NCBI GenBank assembly: GCA_013239625.1
Contig: MU055488.1
Location: 9,275 to 73,274, forward strand
DNA: 64,000 nucleotides
Direction: 5' to 3'
From: Lama guanicoe
Lineage: Eukaryota
Under the pieces are notes generated by a model that was not told where the DNA came from, ran no database searches, and was given only the letters and a program-made list of their open reading frames with translations. The translations under genes and the position numbers were made by a program. Positions 24,691 to 37,992 of the stretch are shown piece by piece; within the stretch, counting starts at the first letter, position 1; each line of letters begins with the position of its first letter.

Positions 24691-27155
24691 ATAAACCCGG
24701 TCCTCAGCCGTGTGCCAAGTGACAGGGCCTGAGCACAACAGCCCACAAGCCCTCCCCGTGCTTCCACACCGCCAGCTGGTCTTCTGCACACACGGCACTA
24801 GGTGGGGGTCCCACCCAGGCCAGGGCGCCAACCCCGGTGACCGGCCTCTTCCACTGATCCCGCAGACTCATCTCGGTGAGCAGAACGTTTATCTGCGTCA
24901 ACAGTGGCGTTCACGGAAACTCTGCTGAACCAACAGCGACATTCTAGTGTTCCTGCCCTTCAGGAGGGAGCGAGACGTGTGAACTCAACGTCTCTCATCA
25001 ACCAAGTCGTAGAATTACTCCCCGAATGTCAGCTGTTTCCCCCGCTTCGTTTATCTTCGAGCCTTGACGCCATGCAGGCTGCATTATCCACGTCTGAGTT
25101 CAGCAAACTGGAAGAACTTAACGCTCATGACACCGTCCCGCTTTCCTCAAACAACGAGCGCCTTCTGGGGTGGCGCCCGGACAACCGAACAGGTCTCCTC
25201 TCAGAGCTGACCCCTTGTTTTGCTTCGAGCAGAGGCCATCTTTCCTGGTTTCTCTGTTGTTTTCTGCTTTTCTATCCTGGTTTCCTCCCTTTCTTCCTCC
25301 AGGCCCCTCATGCTCACCGCTGGTCACGTTGACTCCAACTTACTGTTTCTGTGGGAAGTCACAGGGAGGGCCCGTCCCCCGGTCCCTGTGACCTCGGCTG
25401 CCCACCGAGGACTGTCCTCTAGTTTTCAGACTCCGGCTCCCTTTGTCACAGGGCACAGTGTCCCCAATGTTCAGGTGACAGATGGTAGTGGAGAAAGCCT
25501 GGCCACGATGTGTGGTTTTACTTTCTGCACCATCCAGAAGAAGCCGAAACAGTGGCTGAGAGTCGAATGACGCTATCCTGCCGTGGTGGCGAGAACTCTG
25601 CTCCCGAGGCCGCACTGTCTCTACGACAACCCAAAGGGCTTCCGGGACGTTTGCCCTAAACGCTCACCACGAAGCTAGACCTCAGACCAGTTCCTTCCAG
25701 CTGCACGAGATCAACCAAGGGGTGCCGTTTGCACTCTGTTTGGTTTATCAGAGCCCTTCATGGGAGATGGGGCAGCTCCTCTGAGACGTCACTGCTGTCA
25801 GAGCTCCCCCAAACTCTGCTCTCTTTTTCTGACAATCTAGACCATACGTGTGATCACACGGATGTCCTATGTTGGTAATATTTCTGTCGTGTCTCAAATG
25901 CGCAACCATTTTTAAGAACAGAACATAGGGCATTAAAAAAGATCCTGGTGGTCCCTCTGAACACCACCATTTACGTTATAAATGCTTCGATGGTACGTTT
26001 TTGGAAGTTTGAATCATTTTATTTAATTATTTCACTGTAATTGTTTTAATTAGTTAATTATTAGCTACTAACTATCCAGTTATTTTAATAATTGTGTTTT
26101 CTTGTTGGAACTGATTGGTGAGGTTCCTCCTGCTTCCTCTTTGATGATGACAAACCGTCCTGGGCTTCTGTGGACAAGACAGACATCACAGTGAAGTTGC
26201 GCTGGCCTGCCCACCTCCTTCTCCCACGAGCACCGGCTGCGCCCAGCGTTCTGGCCTCTGGTCACACGGTCGACTTGGTTTCCACCCCAGGAACACCAGC
26301 TGTTCCATCTGCCCCGACTCCCATGTTGCAGATGTCCGGGGCTGTGGGGCCCTCGTGACGGTCGGACTGCAGCTGGGATGGGAGTCCCTCCTCTCTGCAG
26401 GCCCGGATGTGCACGACTGTGCGACTCAGATGGGACACGGGGCTACTGCTTTCCCTTCATTCTGGGTGTTCATTTCTGTTTCACAGAGTCTTGAATTTAT
26501 AAATATCAAGACACTGCAGCGCACTTTCTACTAAACAAGAGTGAACCCATCAAACCATGGGAACCAGCAGCACAGCGGGTCACGGTGGTCATCACAGACG
26601 GGCCCAGCACTTCCCCAGGTGTGCGGCCAGCCAGGGTGACACCAGCCTCGTCCGTGGTCTCGACGGCAGAGTCTGGACCCTCTGCTCACGGCGCACAGGA
26701 CCAGCCGCTGGAAGAGCGAGTCCCGCTGGAGCCTGGCCTCGGCTGACGGTACCGCTTACTGCTCATCCCGTCCATGGTCAAGAGTGGAACCTTGTCCACA
26801 GCAGTAGCCTGGGCTTCACGTTGCAGCTGTTTCTGTGGTAATATGGCTCCAGCCAGTCACGGCCCTGGTGACTGGGGGCAGAGGGTCAGGGCCGTGGTGA
26901 TAAAAGGGCAGCAGGGCTCCGCGGCGCCTTACAGACCGACACAGGTGAGTCACTGCACGGGACCAGACGCGCCCCTGGGTGAGCAAGGTCAAACGCAAGC
27001 CTGAGCAGGACAGTGGGTGCCTGGTGTCTGTTTCTGGGGCCTGCACTCCGGTTCTCGGTGTCAGGGGAGCCCCTGTGCCACCTCTCAGGACTGTGTGCGA
27101 CCTTGATGATCTCAGAACAAGGAGTTCAGTTAAGATGGCAAGCTCCCCGCTGCCT

Positions 27156-27197
27156 GGGCTGAGCCCGTGACACGAGGGCTGAGCCCGTGACACGAGG
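27156..27197. repeat. Perfect 20-bp tandem duplication (gggctgagcccgtgacacga x2)
   Basis: Directly visible. Confidence 0.9.
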
Positions 27198-27476
27198 CCC
27201 TGGGGGCGCGCGGTGTGGCCCTGGCAGGGCCCGCGGCTGCTCACAACGCCCTTGCGAGGCCTCTGGGCCCACCCGGGCGGGCTGCGGCTCTGTACCACCT
27301 CCTGACTGACGGGAAGCGCTTCGGCTTAACATCCACTGCCCTCCCAGGAAACTCCGGCCGGATGTCGGCCCAACCCGGCCTGAGGAGAGAGCCAGGACCC
27401 GCCACCCTGGCCCGCACCACTCCCGGCCCCGCCAGCTGCCTTCCCCACCCGAACCCGTTGGCCGTCCCCTCCTCAC

Positions 27477-27533
27477 CGGTACAACTGGAAGTCCTCTCCT
27501 GAGAAGACAGTTTGTATTCTATCCCCAAAATAC
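27477..27533 (-). CDS. OGFOD3: OGFOD3 coding exon 6
   Basis: YFGDRIQTVFSGEDFQLY; 57 nt; AG/GT flanks. Confidence 0.93.
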
Positions 27534-28063
27534 CTGTGGGAAAAAAAAAGGAGCATTAACAAATGAACCATTCTGTTAATGTTTCCTTATTTCCCTTAAG
27601 TCCCTCCTCCGCTGACCAGCGTCCCACAGCCCAGCTGGTCCTCATCATCTTGGAGCCGCTCTTCCCACAATACCTGCGGGAGCGGGAGGGGGCGCTCGGC
27701 ACCTGGCAGGTGGGGTAAGATTTATCAAGGCTGGGGGCCCCTGGCTTCCCCTGGCCCTCGGGGAGGGTCAGAGCCCCAGCTCTCAGGGGCCCAGCCAGCC
27801 GTCACCACTCCCACCTCTCCCTCCGCCCCGGCCCCTCGGCTCATCCTGAGAAGCCCCTGCTGATGCACTAGACTTCCCTGACGAATGGAAAGCAAGGATG
27901 CCGCCCCTCGGAAGGGCTGCACAGCCTGGTCCTCGCCCAGCCACAGCTGGATGGCAAACATCACGGTCTGCCCGAGACTGGAGCTGCTCCAACCCAGATG
28001 CATAAGCCTCACACGGGGGTCGCCGGCTAAGAAACGGGCAGAGACCTCCCCCCCAGGTTTTAC

Positions 28064-28128
28064 CTGTACAGGTTCACAAAGTGCTTCCCGACAGACAGGG
28101 CCCCAGAGTGCAGGTCCAGGATGGACGC
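28064..28128 (-). CDS. OGFOD3: OGFOD3 coding exon 5
   Basis: ASILDLHSGALSVGKHFVNLY; 65 nt. Confidence 0.93.
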
Positions 28129-28439
28129 CTGGAAAAGACGTTGGCAAGCGGTGTGAGGGTCAAGACAGAGCTTTGAAGGCCACCGTTAAACTCGGGTTTC
28201 TGAGACCCGTCCTCGCACACCCAGGTCAGGGAGACGGCGCACACCGGCGGGGTTTCAAGACGCCTGGACAGAGGCGTGTGAGGGGGATCTTTCTCTGCGG
28301 CCCTAAGAATGAAGACTCGAAAGTTCTGAGAACAGCCCACAGATGCAGTTCCTCCAGACAGATCCCAGGACTCCTGCGGCTGAGTCACAAGCCCCTCCCC
28401 TGCTCTGCTGAGGGACAGCCAGCACCCGGTCAGCTCCTG

Positions 28440-28850
28440 TTTACCTACAGTTCGACAGGTTTCGATGTTGACGTGCACCCTCAAAACCACCCCACTCTCG
28501 GGAGAGTAAACACACCACCCCCCAAACTTCCTTGCACCCTCTGTACCCCCGGCCCTCCCCAGGCAACCACTGACATGCTTTCTGCCACAGCAGACTGGAC
28601 AGTTTCTAGAGCTTGTGCCCTGGAGTCTCACAGGCGCACTGGCTCTCAGCCGGGGCCCCTGCCCTCAGCGCCGCCACCCTGCGGCCCACTCACGTGGGTG
28701 CAGGCACCCGCTGTCCACTCTGTCCTCAGGGAGCACTCCGTGTCTGGCTGCCTCACCTGGGGGCCCGTTCCCCGTTGAGGGCTGCTCCCCACAAAGCGGC
28801 TGTGGCACTGGTGGACGCTTTATCATGGGGGGCTCTTAGTCTCCCGGGGA
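28440..28850 (-). mobile_element. Highly degenerate, GC-shifted L1 3' UTR fragment
   Basis: ccccaggcaaccactgacatgctttctg...tttctagagctt, an L1M motif. Confidence 0.5.
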
Positions 28851-29369
28851 GGCACCCGGCCCATAACTTAAAAGGAACCACCAGGGCATCTCCCGCCCCT
28901 GCCCGCCCTGCCTCCGCGCGGCCTTCCCTGCACCCCGGCCAAGGTGGGCACCAGCACGGACGACCTCCACCCTGGCTGAGTGTCTCTTCTCACTGAGGCA
29001 GCGACCAGCCCAGGGCTTGGTTTGAACATGACTTGGGCTTAAAAAATGTTAACTGCACTTAAAGGCATCAAACTTGGCTGATTCATCGCAAGACAACTTC
29101 TCAAGTGAATGCTGAGCAGAGTAAAGGATGAGTCCGTGCACAAACAGGTCTTTGACAAGTACTCCCCCCGAACCGAAGCAAAGCAGAAGCTGAACGGTCA
29201 GAACTCGAGAGGAAAGCGTTTGCCGAATAGAAGAGTCACAGAGGTCATCACCAAGCTACACGGGGGAAAGGGCGGGCTCCCCCAGCCCCACATGCTGGGC
29301 GAGGGGACCCCCGCACGGGAACTCAGCCCAGCGGAAGGTGCACTGGCCTGAAAGCAGCAGCAACCCCGC

Positions 29370-29710
29370 CTCTAGCGCTGGAGGCCGGAAGGGTGGGATT
29401 GAGGTGTCAGCAGGGCCCCGCTCCTTCCGAGGGCGTCAGGGAAGGATCCTCCTTGAGTCTTTGGGCTCCTGGTGGCCCTAGGCGTCCCCGGGTTTGTGCC
29501 ATCACTCCGTCTCTGCCTCTGTCTTCCTACGGCCTCCTCTTCAATCCCACTCCTCCCCTCCCTTCCTCTCACAAGGACTCTTATCACTGGACTGCGGGCC
29601 CACCTCGTAGTCCAGGATGATCTGTCTTGAGACCCTACCTGAACGACAGCAGCAAAGACCCTTCTCCCCAGTGAGCTTCCTTCACAGCTTCTGGGTGGAC
29701 GCACCTTTCA
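29370..29710 (-). mobile_element. MLT1-type MaLR LTR
   Basis: aaggactcttatcactggactgcgggcccacctc...tccaggatgatct...gcaaagaccc. Confidence 0.7.
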
Positions 29711-30072
29711 GGAGCCACCGCTGGACCCCCGCAGACTCACACGGTGGACGACAGTCCCCACGCGCGTCTGCGGGGCCTCCTCCACCCGGCACCTCCGCAC
29801 CGTTTCCCCGCAGCTCCTCAGCGCGCCCCGACTGTCCCTGCCCAGGGCTTCCCTCCTCACTGGCTCTGCTGGTCCTCTGTTCTGTCTGCTCCCTGCCTGT
29901 GACCTCCACTGGCCCCAGGCTGGGGTGCCTGACGTGTGGGTGTGACTGGAGGCAGGCCGGCTGTGACACACCGTGAAGGGAGGGGCACTTTGCCACCAGG
30001 AGTGGGCCCTGCGAAGCCCCTCGGGACAGGGGGAGAGCAAAGCCAAGGGGTGACAAGCGGTACACGACTCAC

Positions 30073-30115
30073 CCCTCCGTCGGATCCTCCGAGGGAGAGC
30101 CCCTTCTCGGCTACG
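30073..30115 (-). CDS. OGFOD3: OGFOD3 coding exon 4
   Basis: VAEKGLSLGGSDGG; 43 nt; cag|...|gtgagt. Confidence 0.93.
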
Positions 30116-31025
30116 CTGCGGGGAGGAGAAGCTTAAGTCAGGATTCCGTGAAGGCCTGCACGCCTCAGCACACGTCAGTCAGCACGGTGACCGTGTCGTG
30201 CTTCCAACAAAAGCACACGCTTAGACAAAGGACCCGACTCTCAGGCTAGGTGAGTAAGCGGTAACATTTGTCACCGTCTCGCTGCCAGCACGTGGCACAG
30301 TCTGGGAACGAGAGGGCTTAGCTTCCGTCCTCCGCACAGAGACCTGCGCTGAGTCGAACGGCTGAGCTGCCCCAGCGGGTCCCTCTCCTGCCATCACAGG
30401 CTGGGGCAGCCTTTAATCGCCAGCGGGGTGCGGGGCAGAGGCCCCGTGCTGGCCACGTGGGACCTCACAGGACCACGCGCCCCACTGAAGATGCGGGGCT
30501 TCCAGTGCCTTTGGCTGAGGCTTCACGGCCGCCCGGGGAGCCAGGGGATGGACCCTCCCTCACACCAGGGACCCCCACCCAACGAGCCCGGCAATGGCAT
30601 CTGCAAACAGGAGCGTCTGCCCTCTGGGACCCCGAGCTCAGCATGTGGGCCAGACACCGCTCCATCTGGCCCCTGCTTGTGTCTGAGTCCTTGATGGAAA
30701 ACCAAAGCTCTGAGATCTCGTCTTTGAAAGATGGGGCCCCCATGCCTGATGGGCACATAGCCCCCCCAACCCCAGCGGGCCAGAACCGCTTCCCCTGGAG
30801 CGGGCCCAGGCTCCGGAAGGTTCCGTCAGCAGCTGCGTCAGGGAGGGCAACAGCCTTTCCTCCTGGAAACCAGAAAAGCCCAGCTCTGCCTTGGAAGTGC
30901 ACAAGGGAATTCTTAGGGAATTCTAAATGCATTTCTTTACATTTACACCCCCGTTTCAGTGGTCATTCCCTGCTTCCCACCCCCAGCCCCACTCTCCTGC
31001 TCCTTCAGGACCGAGATGTGTGTAC

Positions 31026-31101
31026 CTGCGAATCCTCCGGGCTTCGTCCCTGGTGATGACAGCATCGGAGATGCCCCGGCCACACTTCCTCGGGGAGCAG
31101 C
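31026..31101 (-). CDS. OGFOD3: OGFOD3 coding exon 3
   Basis: CSPRKCGRGISDAVITRDEARRIR; 76 nt. Confidence 0.93.
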
Positions 31102-33140
31102 CTGGAGGGTCGAGCCAGGGTGAGACGCTGCCCCCCCGAACCCTGACATGAGCTGCTGCATTTGTGAGGGACTCACCTGCGGGCGGCCTCTGCCCCCAGG
31201 GACAAGGGAATTCTGTGGGATGGGGCCTTGCCTTCCACGAGATTAGGGATGGGATTTGCAGCGGTGACTGCTCAGTATAGGCACACCCCTGGCAGCACAC
31301 GCCCCATCCCACTGGGCCTGCGTGTTGCTGGAGGCCCCACACCAGGCAGGTCATTCCGGGAGCACCAGGCACTGTGCCCACCCTTGGGAAGACAGCCCAG
31401 AGATGACATCTACCACATTCTAGAACCATCACTGACTGCAGAGCCAGACTCATCGGAAAGTCCCTCCAGGATGACCACAGCTGTGCCTGTAACTCTAGTC
31501 ACTGTCCTTCCACGGGGCTCGGCAGTGCTGCCCCAAGGAGCCTACCCGGCCTCCCTCGGCCTCTGCACCTAGGACTGCGGGGAGAGGATGGGGGCTTGGA
31601 TGGGACGGGGCCAGGGTCAGGGTGGAGTCACGGTGGAGACCCGACCTCAAGGCTCCCAGTAACTGTGGACAGGGAGGCAGGGGTCCATGAGGACAGACCG
31701 CACACACTGGACTAGGAGACACGCCGAACTCCACAGCAACCATTCAGATACCCCCACTTTTCCAGGGACACACGGAACACTAACAAAAACGTATTAACCC
31801 AAAAGGGAAGTCTGAACCAGCGTCACAGGGTCTGTGTCATGCAGGCTACCTTCTCCAGCTACAGAGCAATTAGAGAGGACCAAAACCCCCTGCCTCTTGA
31901 AATTGTAAAATCCAGCAGTGACACAAGAATGAGTATCAAGAGCACAATTTGGGTGAGAAAGTGAGTTGTGAGCAATTGACAGCGTTGCTGCACAGACAGG
32001 CGTGCACAGACTCCAAACACGCAGACACGCCGCCCAGCACACAGGCCCCTGTCAGCCGAGGGGGGAGTCCAGAGGCTTTAACGTCCAAAACAGCTGTTTT
32101 GTTTTGTTAAGCATATACCCCCAAGTTTACCACTTAAACTGTCTTTAGCATACAGTTTAGGGGCATTAACTACATTCACACTGTTGTGTAGCCACCACCA
32201 CCACCGTCTCCAGAACTTCCTCATCTTCCCAACGGCAACCCCCTCCCCATCTACACTAACTCTCCCACACCTTCCAACTGTTTTTAATGTTAATAAATTA
32301 TTAAATGGGTAGGAAGAAAAACTTGTCTTCAGCTCTAACCACTGAGAAGTACTTTCTCAAAAGTTGGGACTTCGGAGGGAAAAAGCTGACTAAGACAGAG
32401 AGAGAATCCCCACGACTGAAGCCGCTCCTTTCCTGGCCCCTGCGGGGAAAGGCAGCCTCCATCCGCGTCCCTGCCAAGGGGCTCACGCGCCTGCGGTCAC
32501 CCAAACCCCGACTCTGCGTGTCACAACAGCACCCCCTGGTGGAGGGACTCAGCAATCTTTTCTTGGTTCAAGGTTCAAGTTCAAAGCCTTGCACTGAATT
32601 CTTTCTTTAAAATCCCATTGCTCTGGCTAGGCTTTCAAAAGTGCTGCCCGCCTCAGAGCAGGCAGGTGCCAGGATGGGACACACAACAGGAGGAGGGCCT
32701 CTGGGACTGACGTCCCCTGTTGCGACATTTTCTGCTGCGACAACATTCTGAGACACTCCACAGAAAACGCCTTTTCTGGGTTCAACTTTAGCATTGTTAC
32801 CTTTCCAGTTCTGTTACATCCTTCCAGGCAAACCATCTCCTCCATCAGATAGCGCCCCCTGTGTGGGGCACCTCCGTGAAACACGCCATAGCCTGGGCAG
32901 AGAGGCCTGGGCAGTGACCGGTGGGCCTGCCCCTGCACTGGCAGGGCCTGAAACACCTGCAGTTCCTGGACCTGGTGTGAACTAACCAACATGGAGGCCG
33001 GGGAGGGCACTCGCCACCCACTCCCACTACTTTCAACCTGATTCCCACCAATTCATTGTAGTAAAAAAAGATGCATTTTGAATTCAACAAATTCCATGTC
33101 AAGAAGCTGCTTTTTCCTGGATCATCTCGGCATCACATAC

Positions 33141-33358
33141 CTTCAAACCTTCGGTGACTGTCATAGTCCTCGGAGCAGGGCACCTCGATGAACCTGCCTG
33201 GCAGGACCTCACTTCGGAGAGCTAGGACCTCAGTGATGCCATCCTCGCCCCCTAGGCTGCCCCAGAGCAGGAGAGCAGCGAGCGAGGTGCAGGCTCCCAG
33301 GACAGCAGCTCTCAGCCACTTCCTTCGCACGTCCCGGGGCCCCCGGACACTCTTGGTG
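33141..33358 (-). CDS. OGFOD3: OGFOD3 coding exon 2 (type II transmembrane anchor)
   Basis: TKSVRGPRDVRRKWLRAAVLGACTSLAALLLWGSLGG...FIEVPCSEDYDSHRRFE; 218 nt. Confidence 0.94.
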
Positions 33359-35062
33359 CTGAGAATAGAAAACCGTGGTCACCCAAATGCACCTGCGTGT
33401 GCTGAAAAGGCAGCCCACCTCAACCAGAGACCATGACTATGACCAGAGACCACGCCCACACTTAGTTTCGGCCTTAAACTGTTCCCACACAGACCCTTGT
33501 CAGAGCCGCTCTCAACCAAGCCAGAGGCACTCGCCAGGATGGATGGAAGTGGAGGGGAAGGTGGGGGGGATTTGGAGGGGAAGGTGCCCCCCACCCCACA
33601 TGGCTGGGCAGGGCTCACTGTGCCCCCAGGGCAACAATATGAACCTGTCTGGGAGTTGGGGTTCCTGGCAGAGTGGCACTGATCATGTTGCCTGCATTAG
33701 AAAATGACTGCCACAACCCCACACATGTGCCCCTGGTGCACGTGCGCACATACACAGACACACAATGTGAACTAAGTTAAGTCTGAGTCAAACCCATTTT
33801 ACTAAAACCACCAGCCAGCCAGGAAGAAAATACAAGTCCAACAAATGATTTGCAAGTAAGACACTTTCTGTGCCAGCCAGGCTAACTGTGGGATTCACAC
33901 TGCCTGTGCAGCTGTTGCAGGCATGTCTGTATATGTGTGCACACGTATGCCTGTGCATACACGTCTCTCTGTGTTTGGGTGACGTATACGCATGCATACG
34001 TGTGTCTATGTATGTGCACGTGTGCTCTGCTATCTAAGAAAATCATGCAGGGCTTGAAGGACTGGGAGCAACGAGAAGAGAGATCCAGTCACCCTTCCAT
34101 GGAGGTGCACCTTGTTTCTTCAAGTATATGATTAATTCCTAAAAAGCAGGAGCCTGCTTTTTTTTTGTATGTCCCGCCACACTTTGAATTGCTGTATAAA
34201 TAACACCCAGATTATGATTAAATAAGTCCCAAGGTGGCACAGCTCAGTCAGACCATGCTGGGTGCGCACACGATCATTTAAAACAGGGAGTACAGATGCC
34301 CAGCTCACAAAGACCCCCACCCCTAGAACTGCTGTCCAGCATCCAACCCACCTAGCCTTCTCTGATTAGACCAGGGTGGACACCTAACTCCAGCGGGCCC
34401 ATCATTTCTCTTCCCCAAGAATTCCTAACAGAGGGAGGCTGCCAGCTCCTCTCGGCCACAGGTGGCTGGAACCCTAAACTACAGGGGCAAAGCCGCGGGG
34501 GACACGTTCTCCTGAGACACCCCGGCCGCTGGGACAGAAAGGGATGGAAAGGGAGGTGCAGAGACGAGAGGGGAAAACAGCCTCCTGGGCCATATTCGAA
34601 CGCCCCTTCCCCTCGGGGGTCTCCTCAAAATAAGCACCCCTGTCCATGGTAATCTGGCTCAAGCAGCACCCCGAGAATCTTGCCAGAACGGAAGGGGATT
34701 TGGACGGGACAAGCACGACGACACAGTGATTCGTCCCGGAGTGATTAAAATACACTCTGGCCTGAAAGCTTCGGGCAGACTCCCCTCGAAGGCTACGTGT
34801 GAGCTCACGTACTCATTCATTGGGTCACTCAACGAGGAACTCCCATGTGCACACCCTAAGGAAAGCACGCACAGACCAGACGACGGGGCCTCGGAGCCCC
34901 GTCCCGGTGCGGGAGGCCCGGCGCGGAGCCCTCGGTACCCACGGGGGAGGGGCGTCGGGGAAGGTTTCCCACCCCGCTGCCCTCCCCCTCCAATCGCGCG
35001 CCCCGGGCGTGATTCTGCAGGCCACGCCCTTCGGGTAGACCACGCCCTCTAGGGCTCCGGTT

Positions 35063-35161
35063 NNNNNNNNNNNNNNNNNNNNNNNNNNNNNNNNNNNNNN
35101 NNNNNNNNNNNNNNNNNNNNNNNNNNNNNNNNNNNNNNNNNNNNNNNNNNNNNNNNNNNNN
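35063..35161. other. Assembly gap (N run) inside the CpG island
   Basis: Run of N characters. Confidence 1.
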
Positions 35162-35229
35162 CCCAGCCCCAGCCCCTCTCGGCCAGGCCCCAGCCACCCT
35201 GTCCGCCTGCTCCCCTCGCCGCCCAGTAC

Positions 35230-35303
35230 CTGCTCGGTCGCCGGCGCTCGGCCGCCCCGCTGCCCTCGGGCGCCTTGGGCGCGCCCCTCCGCTGAGGTGC
35301 CAT
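35230..35303 (-). CDS. OGFOD3: OGFOD3 coding exon 1
   Basis: MAPQRRGAPKAPEGSGAAERRRPS, ag|gtactg donor; 74 nt. The nine exons sum to 948 nt = 315 aa + stop. Confidence 0.93.
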
Positions 35304-36285
35304 CGGCTAGGCCGCCGGGGAGCCGGGCCGAACGCGGGAGCCGCCGCGAGCCGGGACGAGCGCCGCGAGAGGGAGCGTGAGGCCGGCGCGGCCAGGGACA
35401 CGAGCGACGCGCTCGGCCGTCGACCTCCGGGCTGGTGGCAGGCCCGAGCAATCGGAGGCCGAGTGCCGAGCGGGGCAGGGACCCGAGCGCGGGCCCGGCG
35501 CGCACCCCGCCCGCGCCGCGCCCGCCCCGGCCGGACCTGCGCTTCTCCCCTGCGCGCCGCGGAACCGGACGGGCCTCCGCGCCTCCGTGTGACGAGCGTC
35601 CTCGCCCCGCCGTGCGCGCTCTCCCGGGGGCCCGTGCCCTCTCCGGGGTCTCCACGTCCCCTTCCCGGGCCCGCGCCACGCCGAGGGCACTGGGTCCAGT
35701 TGACGCTCAGCACACAGGTATCCCTAAGGCCTTGCTGCTGCTGTTACAGCTTTCAGCTTCCCTAGAGAACCTTCCGTCTAGTGGGCAAGAAGTAAGATCT
35801 TAACCAGCCCTGTCCAGATGCCTAAGATTCTGAATGAGCAGTTAGCAGTGAGGTTCATTCACGAGGATCAAGTCTGAAAAAGGTGCATAATTTACTGATA
35901 CAGGGGAGAAGAAAACCTTCCTAGACTCATTGGACAAGAAAAGAGATCTGCCCAACAGTCCTGAAACGGGGAAAATCAGTGTGATCAGAGGCCATTCAGG
36001 GGCTCCACAGAGCTTACCTAGAGGCCGAGGCAGGGACAGGGACAGCTGCAGACCTGCCAGGCAGTCTGGAAACAGTAGTGACAGCTGACCCAAGCCTTTG
36101 AAATAATCTGATTTCTACACACCTCTTGCAGCAGGAATCAAAGCACAGGACCTACACGCTCACAAGACGGAACCCTGACTCTCTCTTGTTCTTTCCCTTT
36201 ACACTCTGTCCTGAATTTCTCCTCTAGGAGGAAGTGCCCAGACAGGAGGAGGTTTTCATTATATGACTTCATCAAACATAGTGCA

Positions 36286-36369
36286 ATGTCGAGTTCCTCA
36301 CCATTCAAGATGCGATTAGTTCATCTGGACCTGAAAGGTGCTCCACCAAAGGTCTCCTACCTCTCGGAG
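36286..36369 (+). CDS. HEXD: HEXD (hexosaminidase D, GH20) first coding exon
   Basis: [28 protein letters not shown]|gtaagg; exon acceptor at 36227. Confidence 0.95.
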
Positions 36370-36599
36370 GTAAGGGCTCCTTTTTTTCTCTAGAGAATCA
36401 ATCACCTTCGCCTTGGGTTTGGTTTTTGAACAATGTTCTGTAAAAATGTGTGCTTAGAACACAACAGTGGGTTCTGGGTTGGGGCTCGGTGGTGACAGCA
36501 GCATAGATGTTGAATTTCTTCCAAATCCGCTTTCAAAATAGACAGCAACCAGGAGAGCAAAAGGAAAAACAGAGAAGACAAAGAAACCACAGCCTCTTT

Positions 36600-37025
36600 G
36601 TTGTGAGCTGAATCCTGTCTCACGGACAGTTTTTCTTAATTCTTAACCCCTCGGACTTGTGAATGTGACCTGATTTACCGATTGGGTCTTTGCAAGTGTT
36701 ATCAACACAGGAGTAGGCGCCCTAATGCAAGAGTAGTGTCTACATAAGGAAACAGACAGTGATGTGAGACATGGGGGTGGGTGGCAGGGCAAGTGGGGCA
36801 GAGGCAGATTGGAAGCCCAAGGAGGAGGGCCAAGGGTGCTGGCATCTACCAGAAGCTGGAAGCAGCAGGAAGGATTCCCCCGACAGCCTTCTGAGAGAGC
36901 ACGGCCCTGCTAACACCTAGATTTGGGACTTCTGCCTCCAGAACTGTGGCAGAATAAACTCTTATCGTTTGAAGCCACCCGGATTGTGGTGATCAGTTCC
37001 AGCAGCTGTAGGAAACTCATGTACT
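36600..37025 (+). mobile_element. MLT1-type MaLR LTR
   Basis: gaatgtgacc...agaagctggaagcagcaggaaggattc...gacttctgcctccagaactgtggcagaataaa...ggaaactcat. Confidence 0.8.
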
Positions 37026-37992
37026 CTAAAACAAATGTAGGTAACGGGATGCCCCCACGAGTTCCAAAATGCAAGGGGATGGGGCCAAACCACAGACAGT
37101 ATAACACTCATGTGGGGCCAGCAGCCGGAGAGAGGTGGTGGAGGCAAGAGAAAGAGGAATTTCGATGCTGTCATGACTGGAGGACCCAGAAAATAGCCCC
37201 ACGGTAAGGGTCTGTCGAGATAAACTGGGGAAAGGCTTCACTGGCTCCAGGTCGAGGGCAAGTGCAGAAAGACTCAAAGGAGGGAGCTGGAGGCCCAAGG
37301 CCTCAGGGCTTGAAGAGATAAAAGTGTGTTAGGCAGAGAGGACCCAGCTTCCTTGTAACTGGAATCCCTGTTCCGTTACCTGCTGTGCTGATGGACCCCG
37401 AGACTTAGAGGTTCAGACAACAATGTTTACTCCTCCGTTCCCATGGGTTGGCTCGGTGGCTCTGGTCTGCCTTGGGCTCCCTGGGGGCTGCAGCCCCATG
37501 ATGGTCCCAGGTGGCTTCAGCCCCACATCCGGCATCAGTGCTGACGGTCGGCTGGACACCATGGCCCTTCTCCACAGGGGTCTCGTCCTCTCGGAGGCCA
37601 GGTCACCAGGCAGTGCTTCGAGAGCCGGGGGCCAGACCTGCTAGCCTCCCGGGGGCCTGGAGTTGTTCCTGGTAAGAGGAGTCCACGGTCAGCCTAGATT
37701 CAAGGCTCAGGTAGATGCACAGTGTTGTGGCCATGTCTTCCGTGTCCAGCAGCCCTCCAGAGCGGAGACGCCACAGCTCAGAACACTGCACCGAGATCGA
37801 AGGATACCTGCACCTGCGTGTTGACTGGGCATACCCCGTGCCTGGAGGATTTACCTGCAGCGACTTACACCAGGGAATCGCTCAGTAAACGTACCGGACT
37901 TCAGAGAAAATGAACGTGAGAAAGCCTTTGGGCACACGAGCAGCCCAGGTCATGTGCGGGGAGAGAGTCAGGTTGCATCAGATGGTTTTTTT

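Larger units (their letters stand above)
34880..35700. promoter_or_regulatory. CpG island / bidirectional promoter shared by OGFOD3 (-) and HEXD (+)
   Basis: CpG-dense; contains OGFOD3 exon 1; the HEXD first coding exon starts ~1 kb to the right. Confidence 0.8.

Noticed and set aside
34825-35713. ~285-aa minus-strand ORFs
   Set aside because: They read through the N gap and the CpG island; low complexity.
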